IMG/VR virus record: IMGVR_UViG_3300038675_000890
Span: 1-26,885 of that record
Direction: 5' to 3' (one strand)
DNA: 26,885 bases
Source of the DNA: a virus
Lineage: Duplodnaviria > Caudoviricetes
Shown: piece after piece, positions 1 through 8,668 of the stretch
How positions within the stretch are numbered: the stretch's first letter is position 1
Layout: the number at the start of each line of letters is the position of its first letter
The notes under the pieces: model-generated
Database searches by the model: none
What the model saw: only the letters and a program-made list of their open reading frames with translations
What the model was told of the DNA's origin: nothing
Made by a program: the position numbers and the translations under genes

Positions 1-3000
1 CTCTCAATGTCAGTCTTCAAGCGATTATACAGCCCGACTTTGCTTGAGAAAATCGTCTCTCTGCCCATGCCATGTGGGTCAATGAAGGTAATATACTGCT
101 TGCCATCTTTAATCAGCCACAGAATAAAGTCCGGATAAAATCCCGCGTCGTCAAAGAATCCGATACCCTTTTTGCTGCGATTGCGGATGAGATACAGCTC
201 TTTATCCGCGAAATCTGCGGCTTGAACGGAGATATGCTTTTGGAGCGCCTTAACGAATTTCAGCTCGTCCTCATTCAGCGGGACGGGCGAAATCCCTATC
301 TCCATGTTTCCCTTTGCCAAATACAGCAGCGGATTATACAAGTGAGCGGGGACGCTGATTGCCTCCATATCGCCTTGGCGCGGAATGGCAAAGTTCGGAA
401 GTCTCTTTTCTTTCTTCGCCTTTTCGACTTCCTCTATGATCTTGCGAAGCCACAGTATTGCAGTCTCGTTTTCGCTGGTATCATCGATGCTGATACTGTA
501 CTCGTCTTTTTCGTCGTTTAAAAAGTTTTCATTGTCATCGTCCATCGGCACGAGGTCATAGCCGACCACCTGAGACTCCCATCGATTTTGTTCGGCATAA
601 TAGAATCTGTCAAAGTACTTTGTCAGCAGCGCTACGGATATTTTTTCAAATCGCTTGTAATCCTCAAAACGGCGCACGACAAGCTCGTCCTCCGGTATAA
701 GGAGCTTGTACCACTGATTGTTATGAAGCAAATCCCTCACGGCTTGCCGCGTGATATTTACATTATGCCGCGCTTTTTCAGCCTTGTATCTTTGCAGCTC
801 GGAGTAAATCGCTTCGTATTCTAAAAAAGCAAGATGCTCGGGGCGAAGCACGGCCACATTCTTTGTGACCTCTCCGGCGCTCCGCTTTTGCGAGGATTCA
901 AACTGAACCTTGGAATAACAGTCAAGCGTGATTACGGGCAAGCCCGCTTCATAGCGTAAGAACGGTTTCGCGGCTGATTTCTTGAAATCCGCGCCGCCTT
1001 TTACGCGCAGGGAATAAAGACCGCTCTTTTTGTATGCCTTGTTCCGTATCACGGGCATTTTGAGAACAAGCGGCTGACCCTTTTCACTGGGGACGCCCTC
1101 GTTTTCGAGAAATTCCTTAAACTGCTTCATGTAATCTGCGCGGACGCCGAATATGTTGAGAGTTTCCAAAATGCCGATGTGCTTCGGCACTGCGGTTTCT
1201 GGAAAATCCTTTTTATAAAAGCCGCTGCGCTTGAGCGACATTTTGCAGCCCTTCAAACGAACGCCGCGCCCGAATAGCTGAATGATTTCGCTTCCTTCGC
1301 TGCGCCCTACGTTCATAAGCCCCATTGTGGACACGCGCCAGCAGTTCCAGCCCTCGGTGAATTTCTTTGAGCCGATGAGCAGATTGATGGTCGAATCGGG
1401 CTTTGTTATGCCTTGGAAAAGCGAATCGGAGAAGTCGATGGAGCCGGTATCGAAGCCGTTCTCCTCGCACAGGTTTAGAAGCGCCGAATCATCGCCGACG
1501 TTGATGACGCCGAACGGCTCGTTTTCGCCGAGGCGCAGACGGATTTCACCGCTTACGCCGCGGAGGTTTTCAATATGGAAGGTGCCGCCCAAAGAGGCGC
1601 AATTGAACACAGTTTTCAGAATGTCCGAATACATAGCTGCCGGTGCCATGCCGACCGCCGTCAGATACGGAAAGCTATTTCTGAAAATGTCCCTGTTCTT
1701 ACTGTCGAGCAGACCTGTGTTGCCGGAAATAATGCGTTCAATATTCGCTGTGGAAACCGCTGTGTTCGCAACGAAGTCCCGGAAGAACAAGAGAATATCC
1801 ACCACATCGGAAACCTTGCGTCCGCGCTCGGTGCGCACGGCATTGACGCTCGCGCCGACGAAGACGAACAGGGGATTTTCGATATTAAACGGGGCATATT
1901 CACTTTCCTGTGCAAGATAAAGCTTCTTCTGCTGATAATATGACATAAGACAGGCAGTAAGATATATATTGCGCTTCATCTCGTCGCTGTCGTCCGGCAG
2001 GTTGACGATGTTGTAATCCTTGCCGTAGCCGTCGCCGTAGAAATATTTGTAGGAGTAATCGAAGATGATGCACTTGGCGTATCGCTCCGACAGTGATTTA
2101 TCATTGGAGGATGCAATCGCCTGCCCGAAGGTCGCCGAATACTCAAAGGAAAAACCGTCGGAACATAGCTCGTCGCGGTATTTCTGCCATTTGCCGTCCT
2201 TTCCGGAGGATGAGCCGCGATGCCCTTCATCTACAAATACGACATTCCGGCTGCCAAAACGCTTAACGGACACGACTGTGTCTTGGTCTTTATCGCCCAG
2301 CTTCGTATTCTCAAGCACGCTGATCTCATTGGCGCTTTGCGTCCAACGGCTTGTGGCTTTATCATAAATCCTTGCAGTAATGCCAGAATCAGCATAATCT
2401 TCGATATGCTGGAGAGAAAGCCCTTCTTTCGGCGTCAGCAAAATGTATGTGGCGTCATCCGGCAGCTTCCCGCCGGAGTAGTGCATATACTGATAATAAT
2501 TGATATGCATGATGAGCGTCTTGCCGCTGCCTGTGGCATTCCATACAGCGATTTTATTGAGGTCTTTCGCCTCATACGGCTCATAGCTGTCATTCGGATA
2601 CTGCGCGTTAAAATCGGTAATATAGGCGGTCAAACCATCGATCAAATCTTGGCGGTCATTAAAATATTTATCGAGGTAGTATTCGACAAAAAGCAGCGAC
2701 AGATATTGAAAGTATTTCAACACCATTGGCTCGACGCGTTTATCGTTGATCTTCCGCATATGGGAAACGATATTCAGGTCATAGCGTGCAAGTGTTTCTT
2801 CGCTTATCGTACATTTGCCGCCGAATTGTGCTATCAGTTGCTTATAAAAGCCCGTGATGCCCTCGCCGTCGATTTCTTCCAGCGACGGTCTTTTCATGTT
2901 CGCGGAAAGCTCGCGTAAATCCGAAACGCCGAACTGCGCCAGCAGATAACGGTTCAATATGAGCTTTTGATAGAATTTTAGCTGCGGCTCGCTCGCCGTT

Positions 3001-3014
3001 ATTCTTCGTGCCAT
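1..3014 (-). CDS. res: Type III restriction-modification system restriction subunit (SF2 helicase + PD-(D/E)XK-type nuclease), 3' end beyond the window
   Basis: Not in the ORF track (no stop inside the window). Translated by hand from ATG at 3014 (SD AGGAGA at 3022-3027): MARRITASEPQLKFYQKL..., Walker A 'AVWNATGSGKTLIMH', 'VFVDEGHRG' (~2215-2240, same frame), 'EYSATFGQA', C-terminal 'FYPDFILWLIKDGKQYITFIDPHG'. Starts 12 bp after the mod stop. Confidence 0.93.
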   Translation of the reverse strand, partial: MARRITASEPQLKFYQKLILNRYLLAQFGVSDLRELSANMKRPSLEEIDGEGITGFYKQLIAQFGGKCTISEETLARYDLNIVSHMRKINDKRVEPMVLKYFQYLSLLFVEYYLDKYFNDRQDLIDGLTAYITDFNAQYPNDSYEPYEAKDLNKIAVWNATGSGKTLIMHINYYQYMHYSGGKLPDDATYILLTPKEGLSLQHIEDYADSGITARIYDKATSRWTQSANEISVLENTKLGDKDQDTVVSVKRFGSRNVVFVDEGHRGSSSGKDGKWQKYRDELCSDGFSFEYSATFGQAIASSNDKSLSERYAKCIIFDYSYKYFYGDGYGKDYNIVNLPDDSDEMKRNIYLTACLMSYYQQKKLYLAQESEYAPFNIENPLFVFVGASVNAVRTERGRKVSDVVDILLFFRDFVANTAVSTANIERIISGNTGLLDSKNRDIFRNSFPYLTAVGMAPAAMYSDILKTVFNCASLGGTFHIENLRGVSGEIRLRLGENEPFGVINVGDDSALLNLCEENGFDTGSIDFSDSLFQGITKPDSTINLLIGSKKFTEGWNCWRVSTMGLMNVGRSEGSEIIQLFGRGVRLKGCKMSLKRSGFYKKDFPETAVPKHIGILETLNIFGVRADYMKQFKEFLENEGVPSEKGQPLVLKMPVIRNKAYKKSGLYSLRVKGGADFKKSAAKPFLRYEAGLPVITLDCYSKVQFESSQKRSAGEVTKNVAVLRPEHLAFLEYEAIYSELQRYKAEKARHNVNITRQAVRDLLHNNQWYKLLIPEDELVVRRFEDYKRFEKISVALLTKYFDRFYYAEQNRWESQVVGYDLVPMDDDNENFLNDEKDEYSISIDDTSENETAILWLRKIIEEVEKAKKEKRLPNFAIPRQGDMEAISVPAHLYNPLLYLAKGNMEIGISPVPLNEDELKFVKALQKHISVQAADFADKELYLIRNRSKKGIGFFDDAGFYPDFILWLIKDGKQYITFIDPHGMGRETIFSSKVGLYNRLKTDIE

Positions 3015-3026
3015 TGTGCCGTCTCC

Positions 3027-6000
3027 TTATTTCGCGTCCTCGAACATACGCTTTTTCATTTCCTCATCGATGAGGATGACCTGCCAGCTCTCGCCGTTGC
3101 CGCGTAGATTTAAAAGGTTGTTGTCGCAGTTGACATATACCCGCCTGAAGCTCTGCGCGTTCGGGAGCGAGAGGAAATATGCGTCGAGCGCGGCGTTGTC
3201 CTTTTCGATGTCGCCGGACATCTCTCGCCATAACACGAGCGTCTTGTCACCGCTCGGCACGGTACCCTCAACGGCTTTGAATTTGTAAGTATCGCCTTCT
3301 TTGAGCGCGGCGGAAACCGCGCCGTATTCGCCCGTGGCAAAGTCGGCGTCGTATGATACTAACGCATGGCTTTTTTCGACCGTAAGCCCGATCAGGTAAT
3401 TGAAGGTCTCCACAAGGTCGATGGCGCGCTCCGCGCTTTCGAGATTGCGCGTGATGTTCATTTTGTAGCTGAACGGCTTGTCCAGCTTTTCGACGTTTAA
3501 AAGGCTGGCGCTGCCATCCACCTCAGTGCCGAGCATATACGAGAGCATATAGCCTTCCCGCGCGTCGCCGAGCAAATCATAATTGCAGCCATGAAGGACG
3601 ATGTTGTTGAGCGTATCCTCGTAGGATTCGAGGCGGAGATATTTGAAGGCATGGGAGCTACCTTTGCGGGAGACGGGCTTGCCGTCCTTCCAGTCTTCAG
3701 AGTAGATAACTTTTTCAACACGCGGCTTTGTTACGGTGTTAAAGTATTCGCCCATTTCCACAAGGATGTATTTTCGGTTTTCGCCGTCTTCGCGGTTCAG
3801 GTTGATGACAGCGTGGGCGGTTGTGCCGGAACCAGCGAAAAAGTCTAATACAATGTCCTCTGATTTTGTATTTGTGATTTTAATGCTATCGCATACAGCA
3901 GCAACAGCTTTTGGGAAATCAAAAGATTTGTCTGCTCCGAACATATTAACAAGGACTCTTGTTCCATTATCTCTGGCAGAGTATTCTGCTTTGTCCCACC
4001 ATGTTCTGGGCAATACTCCTGCAGTTTGGAGATATTTCCTTTTATATAACTCAATTCGCCGGTCTTTTTCTGTAGCTTTTATTGTGCCGATTTCGTCGAC
4101 AAAACGCTTAATGCCAAAGCGCCATACACGTTCTCTACCCTCGTCATCTATAGGATATACGGCAACCTCATTCTCAAAACACTCTTCTTCAACAATCCAT
4201 TTTCGCTGTAACTCATCCCATAACATTTTTGGCAAGCGAATATCAAGAGAATTTTGCTTCACATAAATCGGATAATATTGTTTAGGTCTATCACTGCGGA
4301 ACGACGATGAACTGTTTTTTCTTAAATTCTCCCATTCGAAGCAATCTCCTTGCTCATCCTGCTCACCATATCTTGCCGTTTGCGCATCCGAATGCGGAAG
4401 TCGTCCAACAATACACTGTGTCTTATCTTTTGCATAAAACAAACCATATTCATGATTTACTGAAAATCCTAATACTGTAGAGCGCCCAGATGGATTGTTT
4501 CGAATTGCAGTAGTTGCAAGCAAATTGTCTCCCATAACACCATCAATGATATGTTTTAAGTCATACAATTCATAGTCATCGATTGTAACGCATATTAAGC
4601 CTTTTTGCTTAAGTAAAGACACACCGCGAAATAGGCGATCTTGCATTAGTGAACACCATGAAGAATTCTCATACCCATTTTTGTACAATATTTTTGTCGC
4701 GTCTGTATTGTATGGTGGGTCGATATAAATACTTTGAATTTTGTCAGAATATTTCTTTCGTAACAATTCCAATGCCTGCAAATTCTCACTATGCATCATC
4801 AGCCCATCCATATTTTCGTCCAAGCCGTCAATGCTGTCAACAAGCCGCTCTTTGAAATCCGTGCTGAAAAACGCCGTGTCCAATACAAGGAATGGATTCT
4901 GCTTCAAAAAATCTACCGTAAGGGGAACGGAATATGCAAGCGTAGCGGCATTTACAAGATCGCCATCTGTTGCTTCAATCTCATCAATGGCGAAAAGACG
5001 CACCCATTCCTCGCGTTGGGCTTCGTTGGCGGCGATTTCGGGATACATTGTCTCCGGCACACGGTCGAGCGTTATGCAGTAATTCGTTTCGACCACGAAT
5101 TTCTTTTTGAGATACAGCTTCTTCTGAAAGTCTTCAATCTGCGCTAAGAATGTGATGATTTTCCTCGCGATCTTGCGAATGACCTTTGCTTTCGTCAGGT
5201 ATTCCTTTGTTTTCGACTCGTCTTGGTCGTCGATGTCGTCAAGGAAAATAACGTCGTTTTTGATATAAAAATCAAGTTCGCGGCGCAGGAATTTACCCAA
5301 ATCCTTATGGATGAAGTAGTCAAATGTGTTGCGGGCGGTATAGCGATTGAGCTGACGCTCAAGCAGCGTTTTACCGTCTGTTATCGTTAGGATGGCTGAA
5401 AACGGCCGATGCTCGGGCTGATTTTGCACAGCGGCAAACGCCGACACAATCTCTTCGATGCATTCAGCCTGATTTTTTCTTCCACCGTTTTTGTACTCGA
5501 CATAAATGTATAGGACGCCGCCAATGACCTCAAACGGCTTATCGATGTGAAGCTGGAAGAAGCGTTTCTCATTAGCTTTGTTGTTGTCCCGCTCGGTATC
5601 CGCTTCGACGAGCTTGAAACGAATGGTGTCGCCGTACATCGTTTTGAAGGTGTAATCCGTGAAATACTCACTCGTCTTCACGTAATACTGGTCGGCATTC
5701 GCCCAGTGCAGCTTGACCTCCTCGCCCTCGTAGGGAATAGCATACATGCCATCCTTATAGCGGCGCTGGGATATAAAATCGCCGTCGTCGTAATAACGGG
5801 AGAAAAAATTTGTCAGGTGGTTATAGACATCAGCTTCCACAGCCGTGATGTCAACGCTTCCGGCAAGGGACTTTTTCTTTTCCTCAAGTTCAGCAACGGC
5901 AGCGGCTTTTATTGCATCAGAAAGAGGCGCGGCTTTTGTGTCCGCGATTTGCTTATCAATAGCGGCAATGTCGGCGGCTGTGTCCAGCCCGGCAAGCTCA

Positions 6001-6164
6001 CTTAAGCCCGCTGTGATTTGCGCGGGCAGGTCTTCTTCAATAAATCTATTGACCTCGTCGCGCTTCATGCGCATAATGCGGTAAATGCCAAAATCGAGGT
6101 CTGACTGGTCAAATTGAAACATCTCGCGGAGGATGTTCATCAATTTTTTCTGGTTTTCGGTCAT
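3027..6164 (-). CDS. mod: Type III R-M modification subunit, beta-class N6-adenine DNA methyltransferase (~1045 aa)
   Basis: 'IYIDPPYN' motif IV (4710-4721) precedes 'LDFFAGSGTTAHA' motif I (~3825-3839), the beta-class order of Type III Mod. Start placed at ATG 6164 (MTENQKKL), with SD-like AGGAAGG and an ATGA overlap with the upstream HTH stop. Confidence 0.93.
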   Translation of the reverse strand: MTENQKKLMNILREMFQFDQSDLDFGIYRIMRMKRDEVNRFIEEDLPAQITAGLSELAGLDTAADIAAIDKQIADTKAAPLSDAIKAAAVAELEEKKKSLAGSVDITAVEADVYNHLTNFFSRYYDDGDFISQRRYKDGMYAIPYEGEEVKLHWANADQYYVKTSEYFTDYTFKTMYGDTIRFKLVEADTERDNNKANEKRFFQLHIDKPFEVIGGVLYIYVEYKNGGRKNQAECIEEIVSAFAAVQNQPEHRPFSAILTITDGKTLLERQLNRYTARNTFDYFIHKDLGKFLRRELDFYIKNDVIFLDDIDDQDESKTKEYLTKAKVIRKIARKIITFLAQIEDFQKKLYLKKKFVVETNYCITLDRVPETMYPEIAANEAQREEWVRLFAIDEIEATDGDLVNAATLAYSVPLTVDFLKQNPFLVLDTAFFSTDFKERLVDSIDGLDENMDGLMMHSENLQALELLRKKYSDKIQSIYIDPPYNTDATKILYKNGYENSSWCSLMQDRLFRGVSLLKQKGLICVTIDDYELYDLKHIIDGVMGDNLLATTAIRNNPSGRSTVLGFSVNHEYGLFYAKDKTQCIVGRLPHSDAQTARYGEQDEQGDCFEWENLRKNSSSSFRSDRPKQYYPIYVKQNSLDIRLPKMLWDELQRKWIVEEECFENEVAVYPIDDEGRERVWRFGIKRFVDEIGTIKATEKDRRIELYKRKYLQTAGVLPRTWWDKAEYSARDNGTRVLVNMFGADKSFDFPKAVAAVCDSIKITNTKSEDIVLDFFAGSGTTAHAVINLNREDGENRKYILVEMGEYFNTVTKPRVEKVIYSEDWKDGKPVSRKGSSHAFKYLRLESYEDTLNNIVLHGCNYDLLGDAREGYMLSYMLGTEVDGSASLLNVEKLDKPFSYKMNITRNLESAERAIDLVETFNYLIGLTVEKSHALVSYDADFATGEYGAVSAALKEGDTYKFKAVEGTVPSGDKTLVLWREMSGDIEKDNAALDAYFLSLPNAQSFRRVYVNCDNNLLNLRGNGESWQVILIDEEMKKRMFEDAK

Positions 6165-6406
6165 TTCGTGGTACCTTCCTTTCTGCCATCTGTGGCAGGA
6201 GCATTGTCTGGAACGATTTCCATGATGTCGCTTATATCGCATTGCAGAGCGACACAGATTTTTTGCAGAATCTCTGTGTTAACATTTTCATTCTTTCCAA
6301 GCTTTGTAATAGAAGTTGAACTGATACTGGCAGCTTGCTGCAGGTCTTTTTTCTTCATATCCCGATCAATCAGCAGTTTCCAAAGCTTTTTGTAACTGAT
6401 AGCCAT
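6161..6406 (-). CDS. XRE/Cro-C1-type helix-turn-helix regulator (81 aa), first gene of the mod-res operon
   Basis: MAISYKKLWKLLIDRDMKKKDLQQAASISSTSITKLGKNENVNTEILQKICVALQCDISDIME is a typical HTH_26/XRE-like sequence. SD AAGGAG lies upstream of ATG 6406, and the stop overlaps the mod ATG. Confidence 0.88.
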   Translation of the reverse strand: MAISYKKLWKLLIDRDMKKKDLQQAASISSTSITKLGKNENVNTEILQKICVALQCDISDIMEIVPDNAPATDGRKEGTTK

Positions 6407-6443
6407 GTGTGTTCTCCTTAAAAAGAATAGGATGCATAATGAC

Positions 6444-6472
6444 AGAATAACACAATACGACTGACATTTCAA
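6444..6472 (-). promoter_or_regulatory. sigma-A-type promoter for the HTH-mod-res operon
   Basis: Minus strand TTGAAA (6472-6467), 17-bp spacer, TATTCT (6449-6444) with an extended -10 TG. Confidence 0.7.
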
Positions 6473-6511
6473 GAAAAAAGCCGCAATCGCTTGATTTATA
6501 ACCGAAAACAA

Positions 6512-6540
6512 TTGATATGGCATTTTTTGTCTGTTATACT
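6512..6540 (+). promoter_or_regulatory. sigma-A-type promoter for the ImmA/IrrE-like gene
   Basis: TTGATA (6512-6517), 17-bp spacer, TATACT (6535-6540) with TG at 6532-6533. Confidence 0.72.
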
Positions 6541-6570
6541 GAATGTACATAACGATTAGGGGGCGATACG

Positions 6571-8454
6571 GTGTCTACCGGACGTTCTTTTGCCGAATAT
6601 GTGAAGATTAAATGCTATAACGGCCTTTGCGATACTGCCGATCAATATGTAAAAGAAAACTGGCAGCATCTCGACTTGTATTCCAAACGGGTACGGTACA
6701 TCGAAAACGCCGAATTCATAGATGCGACGATTCAGCGAGTATACGTCAGCGACCTTCCCGGGATGCGTGTCGCCTTTGATGTTGTCCTGGAAGTTGAAAT
6801 AGAGGTGTCTGAGGCAAAGCGCAATAGCGACTACTCCGATGAATGCTTCCCTTGGATACGAGTTTCCTGCGAGGGCAACTTGTCCTGCACCCTCGATGAT
6901 TGGAATATTACCAGCATAGAGCCGTATAGCAAAAAGAACGCCCCGGAGAACTCGCTTTCCGATGCACTCGTTCCATATATCCCCAATGACAAGCTGGAGG
7001 ATGTAGCAGCCGCTTTTCTCAAAGACTATTATCCGGAAGCGCTCCAAATCCCGCGCAGCGGTCAGCCGCCGGTCTATGTTGAACCGGCTATTCTGGCAAA
7101 CAGGCTGGGACTAACAATAAGCACGCATCGCATCAAAGAGGATGCGTCCGTATTCGGACAAATCTTCTTTGTTGACAGCGATACCGAAATGTTTGATGTT
7201 CGTACCGGCACGGCAAAGCCGGTTCATGTGGATGCCAAAACCATCGTTGTAGACCCGGAGATGTATCTCCTCCGCAATCTTGGGTCGGTGAACAATACCA
7301 TAGTCCACGAATGCGTCCATTGGGTAAAGCACCGCAAGGTTTTTGAACTGGAAAGACTATATAACGACAAAGCATCCAGCATCAGCTGCGAAGTGGTTGG
7401 CGGGGCAAAATCAGAAATTGCGAAAATGGCTACGGAACACATGGAACGGCAGGCAAATCAGCTGACTCCAAGAATCCAGATGCCGGCCGGGCCCTTTAGG
7501 GCGAAGGCCGACGAATATATTGCGAGGTTTATGCGCGAGACTCGCGCATCCCACCCCATAGATGTAATGGAGATGGTCATTACCGCTTTGGCGGCGGACT
7601 TCGGCGTTTCCAAACAATCCGCAAAAATCCGCCTTGTTGAGCTAGGCTTTGAAGAAGCCGTTGGTACTTTTACATATATTGATGGCCGCTATGTAAAGCC
7701 GCACAGTTTCAAAAAAAGCGCTATTAGGATTAACCAGACCTTTTCCATCGGCGCACAGGACGCCGCCATTGAGCGCTTTAAAAATCCTGTGCTTCGCTCA
7801 CTGACTGAAAACGGCGATTACCTGTATATAGACAGCCATTTCGTATTTAACACTCCGCTGTATGTCGATTACAATGCAGACGGCAGGATAGAATTAACGG
7901 ATTATGCTCGTTCCCATATGGACGAGTGCTGCCTTGTCTTTGATATGACCATTGTGGGCAATGTCAAAGAAACCTACCACACCGTCTGTTTCCTCAACAG
8001 AGAGCTGAGCGACATCACCTTCGAAATAGCATACCATAACGGCTATGAGAATGCGCCGCCCGCGCGGCAGATTGCGATGCGGCAAAAACTTCAGGCTGAA
8101 TATACAGAAATCCGCAAGCAGATGACCGATGACCCGGAGCAATGCATGGAGTTGCTGTTAAATTGGAGAGGCACCAATTACACCGAGCTCGGTCTTGAGA
8201 TAGACCGCAATCCTGAAACCATCAGCAGGACGGTCAAAGGCAAAACAAAGCCCCAAGTGGAAACAGCGGCGTTAATCTGCTTCGGGCTGCACCTTCCGCC
8301 GGTTATAAGCCAAAAGCTGATGGCTGTATTGGGTTGCCCGTTAAATCTGCTAAAGACAGAACATCAGTGGATAAACGAGGCATTGACTCTCAAATATCCC
8401 GAATCCGTCGACAGCGTTCGTCAATATCTCAGAATGTACAATGTAATTATTTAA
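6571..8454 (+). CDS. ImmA/IrrE-family zinc metallopeptidase with C-terminal XRE-like HTH (627 aa)
   Basis: GTG start after AGGGGG. HExxH 'TIVHECVHW' (7306-7320), downstream 'MERQANQL' (third-ligand E region) and 'FGVSKQSAKIRL' are typical of IrrE/DUF955. The C-terminal 'TNYTELGLEIDRNPETISRTVKGKTKPQVETAALICFGLHL' resembles an XRE HTH. Confidence 0.85.
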   Translation: MSTGRSFAEYVKIKCYNGLCDTADQYVKENWQHLDLYSKRVRYIENAEFIDATIQRVYVSDLPGMRVAFDVVLEVEIEVSEAKRNSDYSDECFPWIRVSCEGNLSCTLDDWNITSIEPYSKKNAPENSLSDALVPYIPNDKLEDVAAAFLKDYYPEALQIPRSGQPPVYVEPAILANRLGLTISTHRIKEDASVFGQIFFVDSDTEMFDVRTGTAKPVHVDAKTIVVDPEMYLLRNLGSVNNTIVHECVHWVKHRKVFELERLYNDKASSISCEVVGGAKSEIAKMATEHMERQANQLTPRIQMPAGPFRAKADEYIARFMRETRASHPIDVMEMVITALAADFGVSKQSAKIRLVELGFEEAVGTFTYIDGRYVKPHSFKKSAIRINQTFSIGAQDAAIERFKNPVLRSLTENGDYLYIDSHFVFNTPLYVDYNADGRIELTDYARSHMDECCLVFDMTIVGNVKETYHTVCFLNRELSDITFEIAYHNGYENAPPARQIAMRQKLQAEYTEIRKQMTDDPEQCMELLLNWRGTNYTELGLEIDRNPETISRTVKGKTKPQVETAALICFGLHLPPVISQKLMAVLGCPLNLLKTEHQWINEALTLKYPESVDSVRQYLRMYNVII

Positions 8455-8467
8455 ATTTTTCAAGCCC

Positions 8468-8494
8468 AAAAGTCGATACGGCGTGTCGAGTTTT
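8468..8494. promoter_or_regulatory. Palindromic operator-like site 1
   Basis: AAAA-G-TCGATAC-GGC-GTGTCGA-G-TTTT is a near-perfect inverted repeat related to the site at 8605-8619. Confidence 0.45.
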
Positions 8495-8507
8495 ACGGCA
8501 TTATAAG

Positions 8508-8529
8508 GAAGCTCCCGAGAAGCTCCCGA
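8508..8529. repeat. Tandem 11-bp direct repeat GAAGCTCCCGA x2
   Basis: Exact copies at 8508-8518 and 8519-8529. The second copy forms the 5' arm of the terminator. Confidence 0.8.
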
Positions 8530-8569
8530 AATGAATTCTCAGTAAAAGAGTTCGTTTCGGGGGCTTTTT
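8520..8569 (+). terminator. Rho-independent terminator after the ImmA/IrrE-like gene
   Basis: 19-bp stem 8521-8539/8547-8565 with three G-U pairs (indicating plus-strand RNA) and a 7-nt loop, followed by a T-tract. Confidence 0.75.
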
Positions 8570-8604
8570 GCGCTTTATATACCGTTTTAAGCGCTTTTTC
8601 AACC

Positions 8605-8647
8605 CGACATGGTATGTCCATTTTGGAAGAAAATTCGGTGCTAATAT
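8605..8647 (+). promoter_or_regulatory. Operator-like palindrome 2 and extended -10 promoter of the phage early operon
   Basis: GACAT-GGT-ATGTC (8606-8618) lies next to where a -35 would be. TG-C-TAATAT extended -10 at 8639-8647, with no consensus -35. Confidence 0.45.
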
Positions 8648-8668
8648 GAAAATGTAATAAATCTCAAA

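Noticed and set aside
72-2918. Plus-strand ORFs of 100-232 aa over the res region (e.g. 1282-1920, 2220-2918)
   Set aside because: They are antisense shadows of the continuous res frame, with no SD and no recognisable motifs.
3027-6164. Phase-variable (phasevarion-type) simple sequence repeat in mod
   Set aside because: No tandem tetra- or pentanucleotide tract or long homopolymer was seen, only short A/T runs of about 6.
6165-6550. Longer upstream starts given by the ORF track for mod (6242) and the HTH gene (6550)
   Set aside because: The extensions lack SD sites and overlap the HTH gene or the promoters. The starts at 6164 and 6406 have SDs and show coupling.
6564-6577. CGATAC-G-GTGTC at the peptidase start as a third operator copy
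   Set aside because: The spacer is 1 bp rather than 3 and the sequence is constrained by the SD and start codon, so support is too weak.
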